Source: a virus. Taken from it: 21,772 nt of DNA. Where the stretch lies: the IMG/VR virus record IMGVR_UViG_3300024268_004547; one strand, written 5' to 3'. The position numbers and the translations under genes were made by a program. The notes below the pieces were generated by a model. The model searched no databases. It had not been told where the DNA came from and saw only the letters and a list, made by a program, of their open reading frames with translations. Numbering within the stretch: position 1 is the first letter of the stretch; each line of letters starts with the position of its first letter. Of the stretch, positions 9,450-17,689 are shown piece by piece.

Positions 9450-10415
9450 GTGATAACTATGAGACATGAACTTTTTGAAGTAGGATCATATGATTATTCC
9501 GACTTGGATAATCGCCTGACAAAACCGGTGAACTGGACTGAAGATGATCTAAAGCTAATAGCTGAAAACTATCGTGGAGGAATTCCATTAACTTCTGAAC
9601 ATGACAATATCTATGTGGGTATTGGAAATAATATTGAATACGAGGAAGGAAAGCTATTCATTGAAATTCCGGATGAACTGGATATGGACGGGAAAGGCCT
9701 ATCTCCTAAAGTTGATGTCTTATTAAAGGATAAAGGAGATTCATTTGGAATTGATACTATGAGTTTAATAGACGTTGGAGTTACTAAAAACCCTAGAAAA
9801 ATTAGATTGTTGAATTCTGAAATAACCGGAGAAACTGGTGCTGCGGGAAATCCAAATCCTGAACCTGCTCCACAGCCTCAACCCAGCAAGGAAACTAATG
9901 TGGCCACTAGTTTATTATTGGAAAAACTGCAGGGTAAAGATGCTGAAATCGGAAAGCTTCAGGAAGAGATTAATGCTCTTAAAGAAGAGTCTGAAAAATA
10001 TGAAGAAATTAAAAAAGCTATTGAAGAGAATAAGGAATTCATTGACAGTAAAGATGATATATTAAAGGAATTGTCTGAGCTTAGAAAAGCTGAAAATGAA
10101 CGCAAGATAAAAGAGTACGAAGCCAAGTACAACTTCAACTATAATGAAAACGCTCAGGATAAAGAGATAATAGATAAGCTATTGTCCGGTGACGTTGATA
10201 TGGAACTTATGGAAAAGCTTGCTGAGAGAAGAATAAAAATTGAAGCAGCTAATGACGGTTCCACTCCAGGTGGTAGAAAACCTGGAAACGATGGTGAAAC
10301 TGGCCAAACCGGATCTACTGGCGGAAGTGAAGATGAAAACGCTCCATCATTCACCACTCGTGAAGAGTACAATAAAATCTTAAAGGATATGGGATTCAAT
10401 AGAACTAGAATATAG
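9450..10415 (+). CDS. Capsid maturation protease/scaffold protein (Mu gpI-like N-terminal domain plus coiled-coil scaffold)
   Basis: WTEDDLKLIAENY, IPLTSEH, GLSPKV and LIDVGVTKNPR correspond in order to Mu-I-like motifs (IDxEH, LSP, VALTNxP). A Pro-rich linker, an acidic coiled coil and a short C-terminal helix follow. The start may be ATG 9459. Confidence 0.7.
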   Translation: MITMRHELFEVGSYDYSDLDNRLTKPVNWTEDDLKLIAENYRGGIPLTSEHDNIYVGIGNNIEYEEGKLFIEIPDELDMDGKGLSPKVDVLLKDKGDSFGIDTMSLIDVGVTKNPRKIRLLNSEITGETGAAGNPNPEPAPQPQPSKETNVATSLLLEKLQGKDAEIGKLQEEINALKEESEKYEEIKKAIEENKEFIDSKDDILKELSELRKAENERKIKEYEAKYNFNYNENAQDKEIIDKLLSGDVDMELMEKLAERRIKIEAANDGSTPGGRKPGNDGETGQTGSTGGSEDENAPSFTTREEYNKILKDMGFNRTRI

Positions 10416-10452
10416 CTATGATGGTGTTTTATACTTTTTACACCGGAGCTAT
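10412..10452 (+). terminator. Hairpin after the protease gene
   Basis: ATAGCT/AGCTAT (10412-10417, 10447-10452) encloses GGTGT/ACACC. Confidence 0.35.
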
Positions 10453-10482
10453 AAATCTTCGTTAAACGCTCGTTATTGAATT

Positions 10483-10740
10483 AGATATAGGGAAGTGTTT
10501 GTGGTGTTTCACTTCCTATAATATCTTGCATTGAAACCCTCAATGCCTAATTAAGGAGGGCAAGCTCTCCTTTAATTGCCCACGAATGCCAATGCAAAAT
10601 AAAATCACGTTTACAAAACTTAACCTCGAACCGACCGCTAGGGTCGGTTCCTCACTATAATATATGCTCACCAATTCTTTACACCAGGCCTCCACACACG
10701 CCTCCCTTGCGGTCGGCGTGGTTGCGGCCTGGCGAATTGG
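10483..10740. other. Non-coding cluster of five inverted repeats, candidate structured RNA or cruciform DNA element
   Basis: Stems at 10483-10526, 10528-10546, 10549-10577, 10628-10650 (perfect 9 bp) and a nested GC-rich stem-loop at 10671-10740. Confidence 0.55.
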
Positions 10741-10938
10741 TTCGCTTAAAACATGAGTTGAATATGGTGGAATTAACTACAAATTATTACAGTTAATTGA
10801 ATTTACTTATGAACAATAATGTTTATCTTGCATTAATGGTAAAATCAAGTTGATTTATAATTTCTGCATATATAAAAGGAACATTAACATTATTAAGCAT
10901 TAAAAAAAGATATTAATGTTAGAGGTGTGAATTTTAAA

Positions 10939-11025
10939 ATGTTTTGCAAATGGTATTATCATGGCTATTGTGTGGTATTTGGCTGTCCATGTGACTTGAT
11001 GGGAATGTGCGGAATCAAGGAATGA
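10939..11025 (+). CDS. 28-aa Cys-rich peptide, possible metal-binding microprotein (not in ORF track)
   Basis: SD GAGGTG at 10922-10927. Translation: MFCKWYYHGYCVVFGCPCDLMGMCGIKE (5 Cys, 1 His). Confidence 0.45.
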   Translation: MFCKWYYHGYCVVFGCPCDLMGMCGIKE

Positions 11026-11149
11026 AGAAAAAGATATCATTTAATGGAATGATGACAATATATGATTCCATCACATAAATATTTATTAATGAGGTAAGGT
11101 TTATAAGAATCCGTCGATGGGCAAACTCATCATGGTCAAAGAATAGTTA

Positions 11150-11206
11150 AAATTAATTTTTTAGATAATTAAACTAATGGTTACTGGTGTGACTGTTATT
11201 TTAATT
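11150..11206 (+). repeat. Imperfect direct repeat, copy A (left of MNT-HEPN)
   Basis: AAATTAATTTTTTagATAATTAAACTAAtGGTTA-ctggtgt-GACTGTTATTTTaATT, matching 12090-12147. Confidence 0.75.
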
Positions 11207-11306
11207 ACCTGTTTTTTTCACAAAGTTGTAGTTTCAAAGGTTTTATAATTGATGAGGTTAATATTAATTATTATAAAATTGACTGTTAATCTTTTGGTGA
11301 TGTGTA

Positions 11307-11612
11307 ATGTATAATAGAATCGAAATTGCTCATGAGTTTGCTGATGCTATTGATTCGGATGAAATTATTAGAATGGTTTTGTTTGGTTCTGTTGCACGTG
11401 GGGATGATGGTGATGAATCTGACATTGATATTTTGATTGTTGTTCATCATGATAACAGGGAGTTGGAATCAATTATTGATAATCTTGTTGTTGATTTTAT
11501 TCTTGAAAAGGAAGAGGTTATTTCACCTCATGTCATGACTGAAGATCATTTCAATAAGACAAAAGATTATAGTTTCCTTAAAACCGTTATGGCTGAAGGT
11601 GTTCCCATATGA
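11307..11612 (+). CDS. Minimal nucleotidyltransferase (MNT) antitoxin
   Basis: LFGSVARGDDGDESDIDILIV fits GS-X10-DXD. It overlaps the downstream HEPN gene by ATGA. Confidence 0.9.
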   Translation: MYNRIEIAHEFADAIDSDEIIRMVLFGSVARGDDGDESDIDILIVVHHDNRELESIIDNLVVDFILEKEEVISPHVMTEDHFNKTKDYSFLKTVMAEGVPI

Positions 11613-11983
11613 ATGTTGAAGAGGTTAATGGTGTTATGGATTTGGCAGTTGAAGAGTTGAGCATGGCACAAATATTATATGATGCTGGAAAGTATAGGGG
11701 TTCTATTACTCATTCATATTATGCAATGTTTGATGCTGCTAAAGCATTATTGCTCACTCATGATTTTATCAGCAAAAAACATGACACTATATTGGCTCAG
11801 TTCAGCAAGGATTTTGTTCGTGATGGGGATTTTAGTCAAGAGGTTTATACTTATTATTCTAATGCTAAAAAACTTAGAAGAAAATCCAGTTATGATTTTT
11901 CAGTAAATTTTGATAAACAGGAAGCTTTTGATTGTTTGATTCAGGCTGAAGAATTCATAATTGAAGCTAAAAAATTTTTATAA
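11609..11983 (+). CDS. HEPN domain protein (PF05168-like class)
   Basis: HSYYAMFDAAKALL, SKKHDTILAQF and LRRKSSYD motifs; coupled to the MNT. Confidence 0.85.
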   Translation: MNVEEVNGVMDLAVEELSMAQILYDAGKYRGSITHSYYAMFDAAKALLLTHDFISKKHDTILAQFSKDFVRDGDFSQEVYTYYSNAKKLRRKSSYDFSVNFDKQEAFDCLIQAEEFIIEAKKFL

Positions 11984-12089
11984 TAATTTATCTTTTTTTT
12001 TCAAAAGTATTTTTTTGCTCTTTTTAAAGCTTTGATTTTTCTCATCTCTGGGGAGGTGTTCGTATTCTTCGTAAAATTCATGATGGTTT

Positions 12090-12147
12090 AAATTAATTTT
12101 TTCTATAATTAAACTAACGGTTATGGGGAGGGACTGTTATTTTTATT
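12090..12147 (+). repeat. Imperfect direct repeat, copy B (right of MNT-HEPN)
   Basis: AAATTAATTTTTTctATAATTAAACTAAcGGTTA-tggggagg-GACTGTTATTTTtATT. Confidence 0.75.
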
Positions 12148-12221
12148 TATTTTTATATGCTAATTTTTTCAAAGGATGATACGACCTTTTGATATGCCAT
12201 ATTATTTTTATTATTATATTA

Positions 12222-12247
12222 TTTATATAAAAAAGATAATAAAATAT
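12222..12247 (+). promoter_or_regulatory. Conserved promoter-like motif, copy 3
   Basis: TTTATATAAAAaagaTAATAAAATAT. ATG 12253 follows at a spacing compatible with a leaderless transcript. Confidence 0.55.
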
Positions 12248-12252
12248 TATTT

Positions 12253-13437
12253 ATGACATTGATGAAAGAATTGCAGATTAACATTGCAATGAGTAATTAC
12301 CAAAAAAGAAGCGGCAGCTATTCATCCAACTATGATTATATATTCTTAGATAACTTGTTGGATAGCTCTCATGCCAGTTCATTCAGAAGTGATTTGAAAA
12401 ATCTGAAGATTAAAACAAAAGATGGAACCAACTGTCCTGTCTTGTATATTCCAGAATATGGATCTCAAGGTGCAGCTATTGTTGTTAGAGTTCCTGTTGG
12501 AAAAATTTCTGAAACTACAAAGCTGATCCTTGAAGTTCATGACACCACATTCTCAAGCACATTAACATCAGGTAATGATCTGTTAATGTTTGATGCAAAC
12601 TCTGATACATTCTCACAATATTTCATGAACTACTCAGGTTTAAGTATCAATAATGACTCAACAGATAATGGAAAATTTCTACGTGCCAGATTTGTTCCAA
12701 GCCTTGAAGGCAGCTCACCAACATCATTATTTACAACATTCGCTTCAGGACAGTCTTTAAGTAACTGTCGTGTTACTGTAGCCAGATTCAAAAGAATAAA
12801 AGGCAATGTTACAGTTAATGATAATGCAACATATCATGGAACAACAAGCGGAAGCATCATGGTGCAGTCCGACTTTAATCTCACAGCATATCGGGAAGAT
12901 ATAAAGTCAACAAGGCTGAACTTTGGTGGAAGCAAGTCATATTGCATGTTTGACGGAGCAGAAACATTAGTAATGGCCAGTTCATTTGATGCATATTCAT
13001 CAGGCAGTGATGATGAGGGAGATTGGAAACAATACCATTTACATGGCCGTGTAGGTAAGGGAACATCAAGTTCATCAGATTATCTTGAAGGATTTAACCG
13101 TAACAATCCAACTAAAATATATCAAAAGAATTACGCGGAAGTTGAAATCTCACCAGAATGGTACGCCACAACTGATTTTGACCAATACAATTATGTTGAC
13201 CTGAAATGGCTATTGATATTCCCATCACCCATATTTGCAGCTAACGGAATTCCTGAGATTACAGTTACTGAAAAACAAACTAAAACTGGAATCAGATTAT
13301 TCAAAGGAGAACATGAATATCCCAAAGCATATAAAGGAAACAAGCTATTGTGGGATGCTGATGATGAGTCAATGGAAAATACTGGACTATACATTCCAGA
13401 TAAAATTAAAAACAAAGATTGGGATTGGGTGTTCTAA
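12253..13437 (+). CDS. DUF2341-like domain protein, probable virion-surface protein
   Basis: N-terminal FRSDLKNLKIKTKDGTNCPVLYIPE...AAIVVRVP...TTKLILEV resembles DUF2341. It has a beta-rich middle and a C-terminal LFKGEHEYPKAYKGNKLLW motif. Confidence 0.5.
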   Translation: MTLMKELQINIAMSNYQKRSGSYSSNYDYIFLDNLLDSSHASSFRSDLKNLKIKTKDGTNCPVLYIPEYGSQGAAIVVRVPVGKISETTKLILEVHDTTFSSTLTSGNDLLMFDANSDTFSQYFMNYSGLSINNDSTDNGKFLRARFVPSLEGSSPTSLFTTFASGQSLSNCRVTVARFKRIKGNVTVNDNATYHGTTSGSIMVQSDFNLTAYREDIKSTRLNFGGSKSYCMFDGAETLVMASSFDAYSSGSDDEGDWKQYHLHGRVGKGTSSSSDYLEGFNRNNPTKIYQKNYAEVEISPEWYATTDFDQYNYVDLKWLLIFPSPIFAANGIPEITVTEKQTKTGIRLFKGEHEYPKAYKGNKLLWDADDESMENTGLYIPDKIKNKDWDWVF

Positions 13438-14205
13438 ATGATTGAAGAATATAGAGAAACAATTGGCCATGGGCGTGGATATCCGACAGGTTTAAGCCAT
13501 GAAGAAAAGATGGATGTAATAGCCTGCCTGCTGGACGAGGGTGAGAGAACATATGTTAATGAGGAATATACTGCCTGGATTTCATCCGACCAGTGCAGAG
13601 TAGGTGAAATGGTAACACTGGATGAATCATCAACAATGAATCATACAATAGTTAGAAAAGCCAAGGAAGGAGAACTGGCATTTGGCTATTTATTAGGAAA
13701 GGTTCAGGTTCGCTCTTCAGGACATACTTTAGTTACTGTAGCCGTATTGGGTGATGTATTCAGATTAAAACTTAAAAAGCCAAACGTAAGGATTCATCCA
13801 AATGACAGAATCTACATTGACAAAAACGGCTTGTGCAATCCAAGTGAAGGCCATGACCTAAGGCTGCTGTCAATTGTCGGTCTTGATGAAACAGAACATG
13901 CAGAATACATCCGAGTATACAGGCAGATGTCTGAAATCGAAATGTATCCTGAATCCCAGAACTGCATTGATCTTGCAGACTGCAGCTTCGAGCAGGATGA
14001 AATAACTCATGTGGTAAACATGATCGTACCGACAGAGTCCAACATCATGGCACAGGCCAATTATATCAAGGACAAGGACGGAGTCACTTATTGCGAACTT
14101 CCGGACGTGGCTATTGTCAATAACGTCAGATTCGTATGGGAGGACAACAAACTCTACATGGAATGGGACGGTTGCGATGATAATGAAAAAGTATATTTTA
14201 TATAA
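13438..14205 (+). CDS. Capsid decoration/cement-like protein with a C-terminal extension; paralog of 15746
   Basis: CLLDEGERT...VGEMVTL...AFGYLL...VTVAVLGDVFRLKL...PNDRIYIDKNG aligns by eye with the N-terminal domain of 15746..16375. The pattern resembles DUF2190-like cement proteins. Confidence 0.5.
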   Translation: MIEEYRETIGHGRGYPTGLSHEEKMDVIACLLDEGERTYVNEEYTAWISSDQCRVGEMVTLDESSTMNHTIVRKAKEGELAFGYLLGKVQVRSSGHTLVTVAVLGDVFRLKLKKPNVRIHPNDRIYIDKNGLCNPSEGHDLRLLSIVGLDETEHAEYIRVYRQMSEIEMYPESQNCIDLADCSFEQDEITHVVNMIVPTESNIMAQANYIKDKDGVTYCELPDVAIVNNVRFVWEDNKLYMEWDGCDDNEKVYFI

Positions 14206-14253
14206 AAGAAATAATAAAATATATAATAAATTATATAATAAAAAATATAATAT
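14197..14253 (+). promoter_or_regulatory. Conserved promoter-like motif, copy 4 (overlaps the stop codon of 13438..14205)
   Basis: TTTATATAAAAgaaaTAATAAAATATATAATAA followed by a 21-bp block identical to 6927-6947. Confidence 0.6.
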
Positions 14254-14271
14254 CATTAGTGAGGTTTGATT

Positions 14272-14463
14272 ATGACTATAAGGAAGCTTGTCGGAACATT
14301 GGAAAACAAAGGCCCTTACATTGACCAGGCCACAGGCCACTGGTTCTACTGGAACGGCACCAAATATGTAGACTCTGGTTATCCTTATGCAGTTAAACCC
14401 ATCATTGAGTTTAAAATCGAAGACGGCATATTGTACTATTCAATTACTTGGGAGGCACAATGA
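14272..14463 (+). CDS. Small fibre-associated-like protein
   Basis: SD GAGGT at 14261 and ATG at 14272. GPYIDQATGHWFYWNGTKYVDSG resembles the YVWNGxxWxNxG segment of the neighbouring collagen-like proteins. Confidence 0.55.
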   Translation: MTIRKLVGTLENKGPYIDQATGHWFYWNGTKYVDSGYPYAVKPIIEFKIEDGILYYSITWEAQ

Positions 14464-14627
14464 AATACATCAAATACTTTGAAACCCTTGAAGAATACGA
14501 AAATTGGATAAACGTAGAGGAAAACGCGGAAGAAGTCTACAGGACTGAAGAAAAGATTTGTGTTGACGGCATAATACTCAGCCACACAAACAAATCATAT
14601 GAAGAGGTGGAAAACATTGCTTTATGA
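14460..14627 (+). CDS. 55-aa acidic hypothetical protein (not in ORF track)
   Basis: SD GGAGG at 14451-14455 and an ATGA overlap with the previous stop. Translation: MKYIKYFETLEEYENWINVEENAEEVYRTEEKICVDGIILSHTNKSYEEVENIAL. It fills the operon gap. Confidence 0.65.
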   Translation: MKYIKYFETLEEYENWINVEENAEEVYRTEEKICVDGIILSHTNKSYEEVENIAL

Positions 14628-14868
14628 ATGGTTAGAGCGAAACAGAAAAGACATTGACATATTAACTTCATTTTTAGTCACCATTATACCAATCATCATG
14701 TTATACTCAGAATCTTTAGGAATCACAGAAAATACCATTCCCTACTGCATACTAATGATTATTTTAGGCGTAGCCAGTCATTATGCAAGTAGGATAAGAG
14801 GCGATGGGGATGTTGAATACGCAAAGAAGAAAGCTAAAAGAGTTTTGGGATACCCTCAAAAGGAATAG
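14617..14868 (+). CDS. Small two-TM membrane protein, holin-like
   Basis: Two hydrophobic segments (ILTSFLVTIIPIIMLY; IPYCILMIILGVASHY) and a basic C-terminus. SD GAGGTG at 14604 favours TTG 14617 over ATG 14599. Confidence 0.5.
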   Translation: MLYEWLERNRKDIDILTSFLVTIIPIIMLYSESLGITENTIPYCILMIILGVASHYASRIRGDGDVEYAKKKAKRVLGYPQKE

Positions 14869-14874
14869 GCTTTT

Positions 14875-15159
14875 ATGGAGAATATTGTTAAGTTGATTTC
14901 TATGAAAGATTTAAAAAAGAAAATCATCATCTGTAACTTTACCAAAACAATTTCAAGTGCTGTTTTAACAGCCGTAGCTATCAACATCATAATGGATAAT
15001 GCAACAAAGTATGCTTTAATGGAAGGCATAATACCATTTGCTTTAGCCATCATCATTGTACTATTAATTGACTTGTATCAGTATAGATGTGACAAAGAGG
15101 ATAAGACTAATTTGAATGAACTTGAGGAGAGAATCCAGAAACTGGAGGGTGAGGAATGA
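14875..15159 (+). CDS. Small two-TM membrane protein with C-terminal coiled coil, holin-like
   Basis: ISSAVLTAVAINII and GIIPFALAIIIVLLIDLY segments, followed by LNELEERIQKLE. Confidence 0.5.
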   Translation: MENIVKLISMKDLKKKIIICNFTKTISSAVLTAVAINIIMDNATKYALMEGIIPFALAIIIVLLIDLYQYRCDKEDKTNLNELEERIQKLEGEE

Positions 15160-15749
15160 AGATACTGATTGCAGTTCCAACCTTTGAGACCATCAAACCG
15201 GAATGCTTCAAAAGCATATACGGACTCAAAAGACCTGACAGTTGTACTCTCTACTTTGATTATGTTTCAGGCTATGACTGTGCCAAGGCCAGAAATCAAA
15301 TAGCCAAAAACGCAATGGCCGGAAACTATGACTATGTACTGATGGTGGACTCAGACATACAGCTTCCTCAAGACACTTTAATCAAGCTATTGGAATGCGA
15401 GTCAGATATTGCGCTTGGATGGTACTACAGAAAAAGAACAAAGACAGATCAGACAGTGATATTCACTTTCGGCAAAAACTTCGATGATCAAAACTGCATT
15501 ACTGGCCAGACCATGATTCATGAAGTGCCAAGGCCAATTGAAATCAAAGGTGGAGGACTTGGAATTGCACTGATTAAAGTTGATATCTTTAAAAAGCTAT
15601 CATATCCATATTTCAAGTTCGTAACCTACGAAGATGATTCAGTATTGTCAGAGGATTTATACTTCTGCAATCTGGCCAGTGAAAACGGCTGCAATATCAA
15701 ATGCAATCCTTCAGTTAAAGGAAACCATATATTCGATGTGATAATGTGA
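15156..15749 (+). CDS. GT-A fold (GT2-like) glycosyltransferase
   Basis: KILIAVPT, CAKARNQI, LMVDSDIQLP (DxD), GGGLGIALIK and SEDLYFC motifs. Confidence 0.85.
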   Translation: MKILIAVPTFETIKPECFKSIYGLKRPDSCTLYFDYVSGYDCAKARNQIAKNAMAGNYDYVLMVDSDIQLPQDTLIKLLECESDIALGWYYRKRTKTDQTVIFTFGKNFDDQNCITGQTMIHEVPRPIEIKGGGLGIALIKVDIFKKLSYPYFKFVTYEDDSVLSEDLYFCNLASENGCNIKCNPSVKGNHIFDVIM

Positions 15750-16375
15750 ATGATACAATTGTTTTATTGGAAGAAAGAAAGGAGATTACTACCTTCTTAT
15801 TGGATGATGGAGTTAAAACATTAGTCGATAATGTAATAACAACATCTGGTAGTAGTCTTGGATACGAGTATTCCAATAAGTGCATGGTTGACGACATACT
15901 CTGTATTTCAGACAAATCAGCAATAGGAAAGGAGTCACTCAGAAAATACACTGGTGACGACACAGAAGTTCCTGTCGGCGTCCTTGTCAATGAACCGGTT
16001 GTAATGACAAACGGCGAGAGAAAAGGAAGTGTACTACTACTCGGAGGACTTTACAGATTGAAACTGGCTTCAGGTCAAATTGTTAAAGCTGGTGACAGAA
16101 TCAAACTGACACCAAATGGAGCTATTGTTGACAATGCCGGGGAGTTCCTTGCTTTTCATCCTGTTGCAGACTCTGATGAATACAATTATGTCAATTGTTT
16201 CCAAGTAAGTCTTGGAGGTAAAGGAGAGAAAGGAGACACCGGAGATACAGGTGCTGCGACTGTAATCCTCGGGTCTTATGATACTTTCGAAGAACTAATT
16301 GCAGCACATCCAACTGCCAACGAAGGAGATGCCTTCCTAGTTGCAGGTGAACTATTCGTTTGGCATAATGATTAA
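15746..16375 (+). CDS. Capsid-decoration-like domain fused to a short collagen stretch and a half fibre module (putative head-fibre anchor)
   Basis: The N-domain is paralogous to 13438, followed by [13 protein letters not shown]. The protein ends in GSYDTFEELIAAHP...GDAFLVAGELFVWHND. Confidence 0.6.
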   Translation: MNDTIVLLEERKEITTFLLDDGVKTLVDNVITTSGSSLGYEYSNKCMVDDILCISDKSAIGKESLRKYTGDDTEVPVGVLVNEPVVMTNGERKGSVLLLGGLYRLKLASGQIVKAGDRIKLTPNGAIVDNAGEFLAFHPVADSDEYNYVNCFQVSLGGKGEKGDTGDTGAATVILGSYDTFEELIAAHPTANEGDAFLVAGELFVWHND

Positions 16376-16405
16376 TTTAAAATAAATAAATAGAGGTGTT
16401 TATAT

Positions 16406-17278
<873 letters not shown>

Positions 17279-17296
17279 AATCCATTAAAATCCCTC

Positions 17297-17337
17297 AAAA
17301 GGAAGTGCTGGCTTAATAGTTAGCGCTTCCTTTTTTT
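17297..17337 (+). terminator. Intrinsic-type hairpin plus T-tract inside the fibre gene cluster
   Basis: AAAAGGAAGTGCT...AGCGCTTCCTTTT with a G-T-containing stem, followed by T7. Confidence 0.7.
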
Positions 17338-17365
17338 ATAAACAAATAATAAAGGTGATAAAAAT

Positions 17366-17689
17366 ATGGCATGGATAAATGTAGGAAACCTTAAAGGCGA
17401 AACTGGTGCAAGCGGCCGTAGTGTCAATGTATATAAGGACACATCCCATGGCCAAATAATTTTCGTTGGTGAAGATACAGAGGCGATAATTTATCTCAGC
17501 GAACTCAAAGGAGATACTGGTGCAACTGGTCCTGCAGGTCCGGTTAATATGACTTCAACATTGGATACTTCAGACACTACAAATGCAGTAACCAACAGTG
17601 CAATAGCTACAGAAATCGAAAGCATCCAAACAGCTATTGGAAACATTACCTCTGCTCAGCAAAGCAACCTGACATTACTTGGGAGTTGA
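17366..17689 (+). CDS. Short fibre/adaptor protein with collagen remnants
   Basis: It starts MAWINVGNLKGETG, contains [12 protein letters not shown], and has a C-terminal NAVTNSAIATEIESIQTAIGNI helical segment. Confidence 0.65.
   Translation: MAWINVGNLKGETGASGRSVNVYKDTSHGQIIFVGEDTEAIIYLSELKGDTGATGPAGPVNMTSTLDTSDTTNAVTNSAIATEIESIQTAIGNITSAQQSNLTLLGS

Noticed and set aside
10628-10740. tRNA, SRP RNA or hammerhead ribozyme
   Set aside because: GGTTCGA occurs on the minus strand but without a closing T-stem or cloverleaf. The SRP AGCA motif after the loop is missing, and there is no CUGANGA/GAAA core.
13870-14340. 156-aa minus-strand ORF and the other shadow ORFs (e.g. 2276, 3800, 4541, 7163, 7344, 8192, 10154, 16593, 16741, 17732, 19510 and short alternative-frame + ORFs)
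   Set aside because: They overlap well-supported genes on the opposite strand or frame, and their sequences mirror the codon bias of those genes (e.g. SPVSPL antisense to collagen).
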